Source of the DNA: Salinispira sp.
GTDB lineage: Bacteria; Spirochaetota; Spirochaetia; DSM-27196; Salinispiraceae
Direction of reading: 5' to 3'
Length of the DNA: 64,000 bases
Assembly: GCA_965226555.1 (NCBI GenBank)
Contig: CBDDDG010000010.1
Span: 512,001 to 576,000 of the forward strand
Shown here: in pieces, positions 50,209 through 60,215 of the stretch
Layout of the letters: the number at the start of each line of letters is the position of its first letter
Position numbering within the stretch: the first letter of the stretch is position 1
Notes under the pieces: generated by a model
Told to the model about the DNA's origin: nothing
The model's database searches: none
Seen by the model: the letters and a program-made list of their open reading frames with translations, nothing else
Program-made: the position numbers and the translations under genes

Positions 50209-50582
50209 TTTTCCAATGCAAAAGTTTCCTGTACAAAGTTTTGCAAAATGCAAAACTTTCTATAAAATAGGAGAATGCTAAGCACAAAGAAAGCATTCCT
50301 GACGGACGCATGGGCGAGCAGGAGGCGCAGCCTCCGACCAGCCCTCGGAAACTTTTGCTACTGGAAATTGCGTTCTGCACAATTTTCCAATGCAAAAGTT
50401 TCCTGTACAAAGTTTTGCAAAATGCAAAACTTTCTATAAAATAGGAGAATGCTAAGCACAAAGAAAGCATTCCTGACGGACGCATGGGCGAGCAGGAGGC
50501 GCAGCCTCCGACCAGCCCTCGGAAACTTTTGCTACTGGAAATTGCGTTCTGCACAATTTTCCAATGCAAAAGTTTCCTGTAT
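50209..50582. repeat. Perfect 174-bp tandem repeat (about 2.1 units), composite of families A and B
   Basis: TTCCAATGCAAAAGTTTCCTGTA recurs at 50211, 50385 and 50559. Confidence 0.92.
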
Positions 50583-50604
50583 AAATTCATAAAAGGAGGT
50601 TTTT

Positions 50605-51636
50605 ATGAAAAAAACTTTATGGATCGCTCTGTTGCTAATTATTGCTATTAGTAGCGGAGCATTGTTTGCTGGTGGAGGCAGTGAGTCCGGAGAAGCATCC
50701 GGGCGGCATGCCTTCGTGTTTAAGAATACCGGAAATCCTTATGGCGATAAGCAGATGGAAGGTTTCGCGGATGGTATACGGGAACTGGGGCTTGAACCCA
50801 TTACCCGCGCTCCCGATCAGCCCAGTGCTGAGGCTCAAATTCAGATTATTGAGCAGCTCATTGCGCAGGGGGTCGATTCCATTACCATTACTGCCAACGA
50901 TTTTGATGCCCTGCAGCCGGTGCTTGAAAAGGCCCGCGATGCCGGCATTGCGGTACTCTCGGCCGACTCGGCGCTGAATCCTGCAAGCCGCATCACCCAC
51001 ATTAATCAGGCTGACTCGGAGAGGATCGGAAGAACCCTCATTCAGGCTGCCTACGATATGGCGGGAGGCGCCGGAGAAATTGCCATTCTTTCGGCAACAA
51101 GCCAGGCTTCCAATCAGAATCTGTGGATTGAGTGGATGGAGAAGGAGCTTGCGGAGAATGCCGATAAGTACAAGGATATCGATCTGGTAGCCGTTGTGTA
51201 TGGCGATGATCTGCGCGACAAGTCGGTGAGTGAGACTGAAGCTCTGCTCCAGCGCTTTCCGAATTTAAAGGTCATTATTGCGCCCACCACGGTAGGTATT
51301 GCAGCTGCCGGACGGGTAATTACTGACCGCGGTCTCATTGGGCAAATAAGTGTTACCGGTCTCGGGTTGCCGTCTGAAATGGCTGAGTACATTGAGAACG
51401 GGGCAACGCCCTATATGTTCCTGTGGAATCCTGTTGATGTTGGTTATCTTTCCGCCTTTGCCGCGGTTTCCGCTTCCGAAGGGGAGCTGAATGGCGCTGT
51501 GGGCGAAGGGTTTTCTGCCGGACGTCTGGGCAATTTTGAGGTGGTTCAAGCCGGCGATGGCGGTACTGAGGTACTCCTTGGCGCGCCCTTCAAGTTTGAA
51601 CCGGGCAACATTGCCGAATGGAAGACTGTCTACTAA
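50605..51636 (+). CDS. Rhamnose ABC transporter substrate-binding protein
   Basis: KNTGNPY, LSATSQASNQN, YGDDLRDKS, APTTVGI, TGLGLPSEM, LWNPVD. Confidence 0.9.
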   Translation: MKKTLWIALLLIIAISSGALFAGGGSESGEASGRHAFVFKNTGNPYGDKQMEGFADGIRELGLEPITRAPDQPSAEAQIQIIEQLIAQGVDSITITANDFDALQPVLEKARDAGIAVLSADSALNPASRITHINQADSERIGRTLIQAAYDMAGGAGEIAILSATSQASNQNLWIEWMEKELAENADKYKDIDLVAVVYGDDLRDKSVSETEALLQRFPNLKVIIAPTTVGIAAAGRVITDRGLIGQISVTGLGLPSEMAEYIENGATPYMFLWNPVDVGYLSAFAAVSASEGELNGAVGEGFSAGRLGNFEVVQAGDGGTEVLLGAPFKFEPGNIAEWKTVY

Positions 51637-51649
51637 GCCGACCGGTTGT

Positions 51650-51698
51650 CCGCGCAGCTACATGACGAGCCGCGCAGCTACATGACGAGCCGCGCAGC
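51650..51698. repeat. 20-bp tandem repeat
   Basis: CCGCGCAGCTACATGACGAG x2 plus a partial unit. Confidence 0.8.
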
Positions 51699-51725
51699 GG
51701 CAGGTAGTATAGGTAGATATAATAG

Positions 51726-51755
51726 AGGCTCGGGGAATTCCCCGAGCCTTTTTTT
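51726..51755 (+). terminator. Rho-independent terminator
   Basis: AGGCTCGGGGAATTCCCCGAGCCT + TTTTTT. Confidence 0.88.
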
Positions 51756-51792
51756 GAGCGTAAAGTCCTCGCTCGGCGGTTAATGCTGCGGC

Positions 51793-53283
51793 TTAGTTCT
51801 GCGGGTTGTAGTTCTGCGGGGGGTGATGTTTGCGGATGAGCGCCCGTCCTTCTGCAATGGATGATATTTCCCCGCAGGTCAGGGACTGCATGAGCAGGTT
51901 GCCTAAGGCGGTTGCCTCCGCGGGGCCCGCGCTGTTTGTAATGCCGGTTTCGTTTGCGGTGAGCTGGCAGAGCAGTTCATTCCGGCAGCCGCCTCCTATT
52001 ATATAGAGGGTTTTCGCGCGGGAACCGGTGAGTTCGGCGAGAATGTCCAGATTTTCTGCGTAGCACTTCGCAAGGCTTTCCATAATAACCAACGCTGTTT
52101 CGCCCATGTTTTGAGGCGGCTGCTGGGCTGTTTCCCTGCAGAATTCCTGCACCCGCTGAACCATACCATTGCCCGGCTCGCCGGGTTTGAGGAAGCGCGG
52201 GTCATCAACATCGATGAGCGAAGGGCGCAGCATCCGATTGCCCTCTGCCGCTGCATCTGCCGTTTCCTTGGCTGCGCTGACAATGCTGCCATAATCCGGG
52301 AGCCCGCCATCTGCCCACTCGCGGCGGCATTCCTGCAGAATCCATAACCCCATAATGTTTTTCAGAAATCGGAAACCCCCATCCGCCCCGCCCTCATTGG
52401 TGAAGTTGGCTGCCAGCGCTGCCTCGTTTATGAGCACCTCGTCCGACTCACGTCCCAGCAGGCTCCATGTCCCGCTTGAGAGATAGGCGTAAGTGCTGTT
52501 TTCGCTGCCACCGCCGCCAATGGAACCGCCGCCGGTGTGGGCGGCGGTTTCGGGGAGGGGCAGGGCTGCCACTGCCGAGCCGGTGTCGTGGCAGGCGGGG
52601 GCAATAACTTTTACCCCGGACGGAGCGCCAACGGCGCGGCGGATATCATCATTCAATGACCCCAGAACTGTGCCCGAGGGCACCACCCTGCCGAAGAGCT
52701 GCCGTGGAATGTTCAGCTCGTCAATGAGATCCCATGCCCAGTCCCGGGCAAGCGGATTATAAAGCTGGGTGGTGGTGGCATTGCTGAATTCGTTGGCTTT
52801 CACACCGCAGAGCCAGTAATTGAGCAGGTCGGGAATGGTCAGGAAACTGCGGGCGGCTGCCAGCCGGGCACTTCGGTTTTCGACTTCTTCCCGGAGTTGA
52901 TAGATGGTGTTAAAGGGCAGAAACTGAATGCCGGTTGCGCCGTAAATCCGCATATCGCCCAGCATGGCCCGCACCGATTCCATGATTCCATCGCTTCGGG
53001 CATCACGATAATGGAAGGGATTGCCCAGCATATCGCCCGAGGCATCGAGCAGGGCATAATCGACCCCCCATGAATCGATGCCGATGGAAACAATGCGCTT
53101 CCCGTAGCGGGTGAACGCTGCCCGGCAACCCGCCAGTATTTCGGCATATAATGCCGCTGCGTCCCAGTACAGGTGGCGGACGCGCAGTAATGGGGTGGGA
53201 AAACGGTGAATAACATCGAATGTTGTCAGATCACCGGCAATGACCCGACCGCTTTCGGCTCCTAAATCGATTGCAATGTGCAT
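51793..53283 (-). CDS. rhaB: Rhamnulokinase
   Basis: AIDLGAESGR, GIDSWGVDY, HDTGSAV, SSGTWSLLG, FTNEGG, GPAEATALGN. Confidence 0.92.
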   Translation of the reverse strand: MHIAIDLGAESGRVIAGDLTTFDVIHRFPTPLLRVRHLYWDAAALYAEILAGCRAAFTRYGKRIVSIGIDSWGVDYALLDASGDMLGNPFHYRDARSDGIMESVRAMLGDMRIYGATGIQFLPFNTIYQLREEVENRSARLAAARSFLTIPDLLNYWLCGVKANEFSNATTTQLYNPLARDWAWDLIDELNIPRQLFGRVVPSGTVLGSLNDDIRRAVGAPSGVKVIAPACHDTGSAVAALPLPETAAHTGGGSIGGGGSENSTYAYLSSGTWSLLGRESDEVLINEAALAANFTNEGGADGGFRFLKNIMGLWILQECRREWADGGLPDYGSIVSAAKETADAAAEGNRMLRPSLIDVDDPRFLKPGEPGNGMVQRVQEFCRETAQQPPQNMGETALVIMESLAKCYAENLDILAELTGSRAKTLYIIGGGCRNELLCQLTANETGITNSAGPAEATALGNLLMQSLTCGEISSIAEGRALIRKHHPPQNYNPQN

Positions 53284-53345
53284 TGTTTTCTCCTCTTTGT
53301 CGGCTGCGCTCAATGGCTTGCTGGCGCGGGCGCGGGGCGGGCGGA

Positions 53346-54473
53346 TCAGGTAGTTTTCGCAGCGCGGTATTTTTCTGCCTCCCAGTTCCGAATAAAATTG
53401 ATGTTGGCCTCCGGCATGAATTGGACGCCGCCGAAGGAACGGGCATACATGACAATTTTCACATTGTCCTCAAAAAGCTGTCTGGCCAGCGCTGCTTTCC
53501 GGTCATTTTCCTGAGCGGCAATAATTCCCTGCCCCTTCACGGCAATTATTACCGGCGCGAATCCTTCATTGTGCTGAAAGGCAGCAATATCATGCTCCAG
53601 TTCGGCAGGATCGTTCACGAAGAGCGGGCGGTATCCGCAATAGACAATGTGATCGGGGGTAATGCTGAGCCTGAGCCCGGCGAAGTTCTGCTCATTCATA
53701 ATGCAGTTGTCGATGTCGCTGTTCGTGAACATGAGCAGGGACTTGCCGGGGAGGGCGGCTGCGGCTCTGGTCATTAAACGCCTGCTCACGCTGTCGGTGA
53801 GTTCATGGCTGTTCTGCGCTGGTTCTTTGTCGATGCGCTGCGCGATGCGGCTGAACAGCGCGCCGTATATGCTGCGTATTTCCGCGGCGCTGTCGGCAGC
53901 GGCGAAGACGCCGTGGTTCTGCAAAAGCATCAGCTTCGTTGATGCAGGGCGGGAACGGGAGCGCTCAAGGGCTTCCCTCAGCGCGGCAGCCAGAACATAT
54001 CCGGGATCCAGCACCGGCAACCAGATAAATTCCTCCCCGAGTATTTCCCGGGCGGCGCGGACATTGTCCGCTGAGCAGGTCAGTCCATTGACCATTGTCG
54101 GATGAATGTGCACCACATAGCGGAAGGGAAAGAGATTGTGCAGCAGAGACTCCACGCTGGGTCTCCGGGCATTCCCGGCAGCGCTGCCCCCCGCTGCGCG
54201 GGCATTCATCATGTCGGCGAGCACGGCAGCCTCGCGCGCATCGGCATCGCGCGAATAGGTTTTTGTCCATATGGCATTGAGAGCTCTGCGCGACATTGCA
54301 ACGAAGCCATCGGCATTAATGCCCGCGAGCGGAATGCCGGAGGCCTTCACGTGGAGAATCTCATTGTTCTTAACCGACGTGTTGCCGCCGCCGCCCAGCA
54401 CATAGTCCGGGTTGGCTCCGTATTCGCGGGAGAGGGCGATAATGGTGTTCAAATCCTGGTCAGCGCTGCGCAT
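53346..54473 (-). CDS. Class II aldolase (probable rhamnulose-1-phosphate aldolase domain)
   Basis: GGGGNTSVK, VKASG, RPSVESLLH, HIHP, LQNHG, TPDH. Confidence 0.82.
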   Translation of the reverse strand: MRSADQDLNTIIALSREYGANPDYVLGGGGNTSVKNNEILHVKASGIPLAGINADGFVAMSRRALNAIWTKTYSRDADAREAAVLADMMNARAAGGSAAGNARRPSVESLLHNLFPFRYVVHIHPTMVNGLTCSADNVRAAREILGEEFIWLPVLDPGYVLAAALREALERSRSRPASTKLMLLQNHGVFAAADSAAEIRSIYGALFSRIAQRIDKEPAQNSHELTDSVSRRLMTRAAAALPGKSLLMFTNSDIDNCIMNEQNFAGLRLSITPDHIVYCGYRPLFVNDPAELEHDIAAFQHNEGFAPVIIAVKGQGIIAAQENDRKAALARQLFEDNVKIVMYARSFGGVQFMPEANINFIRNWEAEKYRAAKTT

Positions 54474-54474
54474 G

Positions 54475-55728
54475 TCAGCTCCGTACCGATAATACCCTTC
54501 GCTCGTAGTTCATAACCTCGGTAATGAGTTCGCGGTCGGTCGGCACATTCTCCGAACGGCAGTATTCATCCCAGACCAGTCCCAACGGCATTGTCTTGAG
54601 TTCCTCCAGCAGCGCGAGCCGGGCGAAGAAATTGCCCTCAGCATCGTATTTTTGCAGGATATCACGGGGTTCGAGCAGGGCGGCTAACAGGGCCTTCAGG
54701 GTAGCGCGGCTGCCGAGGGCGTAGGCGCCAATGCGGTTAATGGTGGCATCAAAAAAATCTAATCCAATGTGAGTTTTCTCCAAAACATCGGCGCGCGCCA
54801 ATTCCTGCATGAGGGCGAGGAGATCATCGTTGAGAATGACCACGTGGTCCGAGTCCCAGCGCATCGGGCGGCTGACATGCAGCAGCAGTTCATCCTGAAA
54901 TTGGAAGATGGCCGATATTTTATCGGCAAGCGATTCAGTCGGATGAAAATGTCCCATGTCGAGGCAGAGAAGAATGTGACGGGTGAGCGAATATCCGAGA
55001 TAAAACTCATGAGAACCCGTTACGTAGGCCTCGCTGCCAATACCGAAGAGCTTCGACTCCACCGCATCGCGCATGAAATTCCGGGGAAACTTCAGGCTCA
55101 GTATTTCATCGAGGCTTTCGGTCAGCAAACGGCGGTGACCGCAGCGGTCCACCGGCAGATCCTTGGAGCCATCGGGAATCCAGATATTATGGATGCAGGG
55201 GCTGCCCTGCGCTTCCCCGAACCATGCCGCAATCTTCCTGCTCTGCTTCACATGGTCAATCCAGAACCGTCGTATTCCGCTGTCCTTATGACTCAGGGTA
55301 AATCCATCGTCCGCATGACGATGCGCGAAGAGGGTGGCGTTAAAATCGAGCGCTATGCCATGCTCCATTCCCCATTCCAGCCAGCTTGCGAAATGCCGGG
55401 TGTCAATTTCATCGCGATCGACCTGTTCATCGGCAAAATCGCCGTAACTGGCATGGAGGCTGAGCCGGTGCCGACCGGGAATAAGACTACAGGCCATTAT
55501 CAGATCATCGCGGAGCTCGGCAATACTGCCCGCCCTGCCCGGATAATTACCGGTAACCTGTATGCCCCCCTTGTCCAGCCCCCCGCGGGCTGTCTCAAAG
55601 CCGCCGACATCATCGCCCTGCCAGCAATGGATACTCAGCGGCTGCTGCCTCAATGCGGCAATGGCCTCATCAACATTGACCCCCAGTTCTCCGTAAGAAC
55701 TGCGCGCAAAATCCAGTGATGCATTCAT
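54475..55728 (-). CDS. rhaA: L-rhamnose isomerase
   Basis: SIHCWQGDD, WIPDGSKD, ESKLFGIG, DMGHFHPTE, HVSRPMRWDSDHVV, GLDFFDA. Confidence 0.96.
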   Translation of the reverse strand: MNASLDFARSSYGELGVNVDEAIAALRQQPLSIHCWQGDDVGGFETARGGLDKGGIQVTGNYPGRAGSIAELRDDLIMACSLIPGRHRLSLHASYGDFADEQVDRDEIDTRHFASWLEWGMEHGIALDFNATLFAHRHADDGFTLSHKDSGIRRFWIDHVKQSRKIAAWFGEAQGSPCIHNIWIPDGSKDLPVDRCGHRRLLTESLDEILSLKFPRNFMRDAVESKLFGIGSEAYVTGSHEFYLGYSLTRHILLCLDMGHFHPTESLADKISAIFQFQDELLLHVSRPMRWDSDHVVILNDDLLALMQELARADVLEKTHIGLDFFDATINRIGAYALGSRATLKALLAALLEPRDILQKYDAEGNFFARLALLEELKTMPLGLVWDEYCRSENVPTDRELITEVMNYERRVLSVRS

Positions 55729-55932
55729 ATATCCTCCCATTAGCACATTTTGCATTATACACAAAATCGGAACAACGGCGCTGCGCCTGTATTTCCCATA
55801 TAATAGAAACTTTTGCAAAAGTTTGGGATATTACGGTTTGATCAGACCCCACTTTGACCTATTTATGCGATCATTTCTTCCGATTCCCTCCATCGCCCGC
55901 GGGGAGATCGCGTGAGCCGTTGCTGGGGAGAA

Positions 55933-56880
55933 TTAGAAGTTGCCGATGGGTATGAGCTGCGATTGGATAATGTTCCGGCTCTCTTCATCGCTGAGGCCGC
56001 TGATATGGGGACGGGGTGTTTCAGGGGGGAGAATATCATCCAGAACCCCCGCGCCCCCCACATCTTCCACATCTTCCGAAACCTCCGCAATAGATATGCC
56101 TTCCGGCGGCAAGTGGCTGCTCCCCGTGGACTGATGCAGCTCTGTGATATTGCCGTAAACGGTCAGGTTCACCGTTCCTCTGAGTTGATTATGCGGAAAA
56201 AGACGAATGAACGCGTAATTGTCGGTAAAAGGGAGGAGCTGCACCCAGCCGGGAAAGGTACTTTCTATTTTGAAACTTCGTTCGGGAACATCGGGCAGGG
56301 GGATTTTGAGAAGCACTTCATCATAGGCAGCGCTTTCGGGATTTTTCAGCTCAACTCGGTGGGTATAGAGGGCTTGCCCAGATGTATTGTCGTACACAAT
56401 TGTGTTATTTCCATTATGCATGGTAAGAATGTCATTGAAGTGATACTCGCGGAGAGAATGCTGCGGAGGTGTTCTGTCTTCCACGAGCTCCGCCTGCAAT
56501 GAGGGGGAGGTATTGTGAGCAAGCGGACGGGGAATAGTATTGATGTTGGTGAGGAGCATGCCGTTGCTCTCCCGCTGATTCCGGGTAACAACAATATCGC
56601 CGGAGCGCATTTCATCGGGCATGCGGAACTCAATGCGGGAAGATTCCCACAGAAGAATATGCGATTTTGTTATGTGTTGATTTCCGACGCGAAGCGTACT
56701 CCCGGGTTCCTGTAGTCCGAAAAAGTATCCGCGAATGGTAACGGAGGAGCCCGGAAATGCCTGCTGGGGAGATACATGCGTTAACACGGGTTTTCTCAGG
56801 AATAGAAAAACCGCAATGAGGAAACACAGCAGAACAAGGACGGAGGCAATGAGAAGCCAGCGGTGATGTTTCAGACTCAT
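55933..56880 (-). CDS. Membrane-anchored IPT/TIG-domain protein
   Basis: N-terminal TM; P.LTHVSP...PGSSVTIRG.FFG...W....I motif. Confidence 0.7.
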   Translation of the reverse strand: MSLKHHRWLLIASVLVLLCFLIAVFLFLRKPVLTHVSPQQAFPGSSVTIRGYFFGLQEPGSTLRVGNQHITKSHILLWESSRIEFRMPDEMRSGDIVVTRNQRESNGMLLTNINTIPRPLAHNTSPSLQAELVEDRTPPQHSLREYHFNDILTMHNGNNTIVYDNTSGQALYTHRVELKNPESAAYDEVLLKIPLPDVPERSFKIESTFPGWVQLLPFTDNYAFIRLFPHNQLRGTVNLTVYGNITELHQSTGSSHLPPEGISIAEVSEDVEDVGGAGVLDDILPPETPRPHISGLSDEESRNIIQSQLIPIGNF

Positions 56881-57386
56881 TGCCCTTCCGATTCCGCTGT
56901 GTCAGCGGCCGTTACGACAAGTTGATATTCGGATACCAGAATTTCAAGCTCAAGATTTGCCGACTGTTCATTTCCGGCGTCTATACCAAGAGGATAGAAA
57001 ATAACCGGAGTGCCGGAGTTAATGGGAATACTCTTCAAGCTTGTCTGATAACGCATTTTGTTATCGGTGTTATTTCTCACCCAGGCCTCTCCCTGAGCAA
57101 TTAAGGTTATTGTCTCGTTTCTGTTCCGAAACGGAACAAATTCCACATCGACAATAATGTTGCCCCCGCTGAGATGTAAATCGACTCCCTTTCCGGGAAT
57201 GGTCCATTCATCGATGTCGAAGTTCCAGATAACCTCATTGTTGTTCTGCAGCACGCGGACATTGATGTATATTCTGAGGATATTGTCGCCTGTGTTTTCA
57301 CGGTTACTCCCCTCGTCCTGCGCAGGGAGGAGATTACCCGCAAATCCGTTGATAAAAAGAAAGAAAAGGAGAACTGCCAGCCTCAT
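56877..57386 (-). CDS. Secreted hypothetical protein
   Basis: Signal peptide; translationally coupled within the ECF operon. Confidence 0.7.
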   Translation of the reverse strand: MRLAVLLFFLFINGFAGNLLPAQDEGSNRENTGDNILRIYINVRVLQNNNEVIWNFDIDEWTIPGKGVDLHLSGGNIIVDVEFVPFRNRNETITLIAQGEAWVRNNTDNKMRYQTSLKSIPINSGTPVIFYPLGIDAGNEQSANLELEILVSEYQLVVTAADTAESEGQ

Positions 57387-58141
57387 GGATCTCCTTCGAT
57401 AAACGGAGCGCGTATAAACCGCGACTCACCGAGAAGTTCGAATTCATTAATATCGGGAAGCTGAATGGTGAGGGTATTAATGGAACCGTTGAGATTATCG
57501 ATTCCTTCCAGAAATCTGAGGAGCTGTTCGATATCCTGCACATTTACCTGAAGGTCAATGCCGTCTGTACTGCCTGCGCCGTTGGCGCCCGTTGCGCCCT
57601 CTTTGTCGGAGCTGCCTGCGCCGTTGGCGCCCGTTGCGCCCTCTTTGTCGGAGCTGCCTGCGCCGTTGGCGCCCGTTGCGCCGCGTCTGCCGGTATTGAC
57701 CGGAAGAACCTCAATGGAGGAGGTATTGTATTCAGAAAATTCCGATGTGTTTACGAGGTTGAAATTTTGGGGGAGCCGGGAAGGAGTATTTTCCGACACA
57801 AAAAAGAACGCAAAAATAAGAATAGCAGCCGCAAAAACCGCAATCCAATGAGTTGAACGCTGTGAATTGTTCTGGGAATTGTTCTGTTCCGGCATATCGA
57901 TAACATTTTTTGCGAGGGCTTCGACCCGGGCAGCAGCTTCGGTATAGGCATGAGACATATGTTCGTCATCTTCCCGCATTGTTTTCTGCAGCAATTGATA
58001 AGCCTCAAGGCGGGGAGCCAATGCGGGGTCGGCCAGAACCCGCGCCTCAACCGATGAGCGATACTGCTCGGGAACTTCGTTATCCAGCAGTTCCATGAGG
58101 ATGTCATCATTCAGGGCATCATTCCGGGGCATGCAAACCAT
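57383..58141 (-). CDS. Probable anti-sigma factor
   Basis: LMELLDNE anti-sigma-like N-terminus, single TM, directly downstream of the ECF sigma. Confidence 0.7.
   Translation of the reverse strand: MVCMPRNDALNDDILMELLDNEVPEQYRSSVEARVLADPALAPRLEAYQLLQKTMREDDEHMSHAYTEAAARVEALAKNVIDMPEQNNSQNNSQRSTHWIAVFAAAILIFAFFFVSENTPSRLPQNFNLVNTSEFSEYNTSSIEVLPVNTGRRGATGANGAGSSDKEGATGANGAGSSDKEGATGANGAGSTDGIDLQVNVQDIEQLLRFLEGIDNLNGSINTLTIQLPDINEFELLGESRFIRAPFIEGDP
57570..57682. repeat. In-frame 42-bp tandem repeat (GATGANGAGSSDKE)
   Basis: About 2.7 identical units. Confidence 0.88.
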
Positions 58142-58649
58142 CCTTTTTCAGAAGATTCGACATTTTCTCACGCGCTCTGAATACGCGCATTTTCACGTTT
58201 GCTTCACTGATCTTCAGTACCTTTCCTATTTCTCTGTAGTTTAATCGACCATATTCTACCAGAACAAGTACTTCCCGCAATTTTTGCGGCAATGTATTCA
58301 CGGCCTGCCGCACGGAAAGCGAGGTTTCCTGTTTGAGAAAAATGTCCTCGCCCGATTCGGCGCTGCGGGTGTCGCCGGTAAGCACTTTTTCGTAGGCCCA
58401 GCGTTCGCGCTTCTGCCGTTTGGCATGATTGAGCGCCATATTTTTCACAACCCGAATGAGCCAGTACTTGATCTGATTCTGGTTCGGAATGCGTTCCGGG
58501 CGCTCACAGAGCTTTATGAATGCTTCATGGCATAATTCTTCCGCTACTTCCATGTTAAAGGTAATGCGATAGGCAATACGGATAAGAATAACACTTGTTT
58601 CGGCATAGGCCTTCTTGAAAAATTGTTCCCGCTCATCACTCCATTTCAT
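58119..58649 (-). CDS. ECF RNA polymerase sigma factor
   Basis: AEELCHEAF, WLIRVVKN, YREIGKVLKISEANVKMRVFRAR. Confidence 0.93.
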   Translation of the reverse strand: MKWSDEREQFFKKAYAETSVILIRIAYRITFNMEVAEELCHEAFIKLCERPERIPNQNQIKYWLIRVVKNMALNHAKRQKRERWAYEKVLTGDTRSAESGEDIFLKQETSLSVRQAVNTLPQKLREVLVLVEYGRLNYREIGKVLKISEANVKMRVFRAREKMSNLLKKDGLHAPE

Positions 58650-58682
58650 TAAACAACTAATCCCCTGCCAAAGTTACATATA

Positions 58683-58725
58683 TAGAAAATTTTGCTCAGC
58701 AAAATTTTCAGTAGCAAAATTTTGA
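58683..58725. repeat. Degenerate family A element between cysS and the ECF sigma
   Basis: TAGAAAATTTTGCTCAGCAAAATTTTCAGTAGCAAAATTTTG. Confidence 0.65.
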
Positions 58726-58731
58726 TATTCT

Positions 58732-60201
58732 TTATCGGGAAGATTCTGTTTCCCAGCGGGTTCCATGCGGACCATCAATAAGAATAATACCTTTTTTTGC
58801 CAGTTGCTCACGGATCTGATCGGCGCGGGCAAAATTGTTATGTTTACGAGCCGCGCTGCGTTCATCTATAAGATTCTGAATAGTTTCTGGTATTTTTTCC
58901 GAAGTTCCAGAGCTGTCGCTTTTCGATTCTCCCGCTCCCGCATGCGGCTGTTTCATAAGATCAAGACCGAGAACGCTGTCCATCTCTTCAATGAGCATTC
59001 GCTTTTCACCGGGCGGAACTGCCGAATCTTTCACAAGAGCCCAGAGCTCGGCGAGAGCTTTTGGCGTATTCAGATCATCGGCAAGCGCCGCAGTAAATGC
59101 TTCCCGCCTCAGGGAAGCCGCCTCGCCCAGTTCTGCAGCGGGCGGAAAATCCTGCAATTCCTTCACAAACCGGTAAAGCCGTGAACGGGCAGCGCCGGCA
59201 GCCGACATGGATTCATCGCTGAAGTGGAGCTGGGTACGATAATGCGCTCCGAGAACCAGATACCGGTAATCGAGCGGATGATATTTCATATTCAGCAGAT
59301 TTTTGACGGTAAGAAACGTTCCGCTTGATCTGCTCATTTTACCGCGGTCTAACAACAGAAAGGCAGAATGAAACCAGAAACGCACCCAAGGACTTTTTCC
59401 GCTGAATGCCTCACTTTGGGCAATTTCGTTACTATGATGAACGGGAATAAGATCGGTTCCGCCGCAGTGAATGTCGAACTGCTCGCCAAGGAAGGTCAGG
59501 CTCATGGCTGAACATTCAATGTGCCAGCCCGGATATCCCCGTCCCCAGGGGCTGTTCCAGTTCAGGGCATGATTCTCGAATTTCGATTTTGTGAACCAGA
59601 GCACAAAGTCATGCGGATTCCGCTTAACGCTGTCGGTTCCAACACGGGAACGTTCGTTACTGAAATTGAGACGGGCCATTTTACCATAATCGGCAACCTT
59701 CGCAACATCGAAATAGACATTGCCTCCAGCCTCATAGGCATAGCCTTTTTTCTGAAGAACAGTGATCATCTCAATCATTTCAGGAATGTGATCACTGGCC
59801 TTACACAGAACATCCGGCATCTCAATGTTCAGGAGCGCGCTGTCCTTCAGAAAGACCTCGGTAAAATGTTCGGCAATTTCCAGAATAGTGCGCTGCTGTT
59901 CCCGGGCGCTCCTGAGCATTTTATCTTCACCGCTGTCTCCATCGTCGCTGAGGTGGCCAATGTCGGTAATGTTCATAACATGGCGCAGTTCATAGCCGAA
60001 GAATGTGAGGGTGCGGCGCAGAATGTCTTCGGCAATAAAGGTTCGGAAATTGCCTATATGAATATAGTTATAGACTGTCGGCCCGCAGGCATATATTTTG
60101 ACCATGTTATTCCGGACGGTGAGGGGTTCCTTGCAGCGGGAGGCGGTGTTATAGAGATTGAGAATCGGCTTAGAGGGGGTCACTTTTGTAGTCAGCTCCA
60201 C
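58732..60201 (-). CDS. cysS: Cysteine--tRNA ligase
   Basis: [31 protein letters not shown]. Confidence 0.96.
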   Translation of the reverse strand: MELTTKVTPSKPILNLYNTASRCKEPLTVRNNMVKIYACGPTVYNYIHIGNFRTFIAEDILRRTLTFFGYELRHVMNITDIGHLSDDGDSGEDKMLRSAREQQRTILEIAEHFTEVFLKDSALLNIEMPDVLCKASDHIPEMIEMITVLQKKGYAYEAGGNVYFDVAKVADYGKMARLNFSNERSRVGTDSVKRNPHDFVLWFTKSKFENHALNWNSPWGRGYPGWHIECSAMSLTFLGEQFDIHCGGTDLIPVHHSNEIAQSEAFSGKSPWVRFWFHSAFLLLDRGKMSRSSGTFLTVKNLLNMKYHPLDYRYLVLGAHYRTQLHFSDESMSAAGAARSRLYRFVKELQDFPPAAELGEAASLRREAFTAALADDLNTPKALAELWALVKDSAVPPGEKRMLIEEMDSVLGLDLMKQPHAGAGESKSDSSGTSEKIPETIQNLIDERSAARKHNNFARADQIREQLAKKGIILIDGPHGTRWETESSR

Positions 60202-60215
60202 TATACTATGGGAAT

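Noticed and set aside
50209..50582. Possible CRISPR array
   Set aside because: Units are identical over 174 bp with no unique spacers, and no cas genes are present.
50198..50590. 130-aa minus-strand ORF with a 58-aa repeat
   Set aside because: Translation of the tandem repeat; no evidence of coding function.
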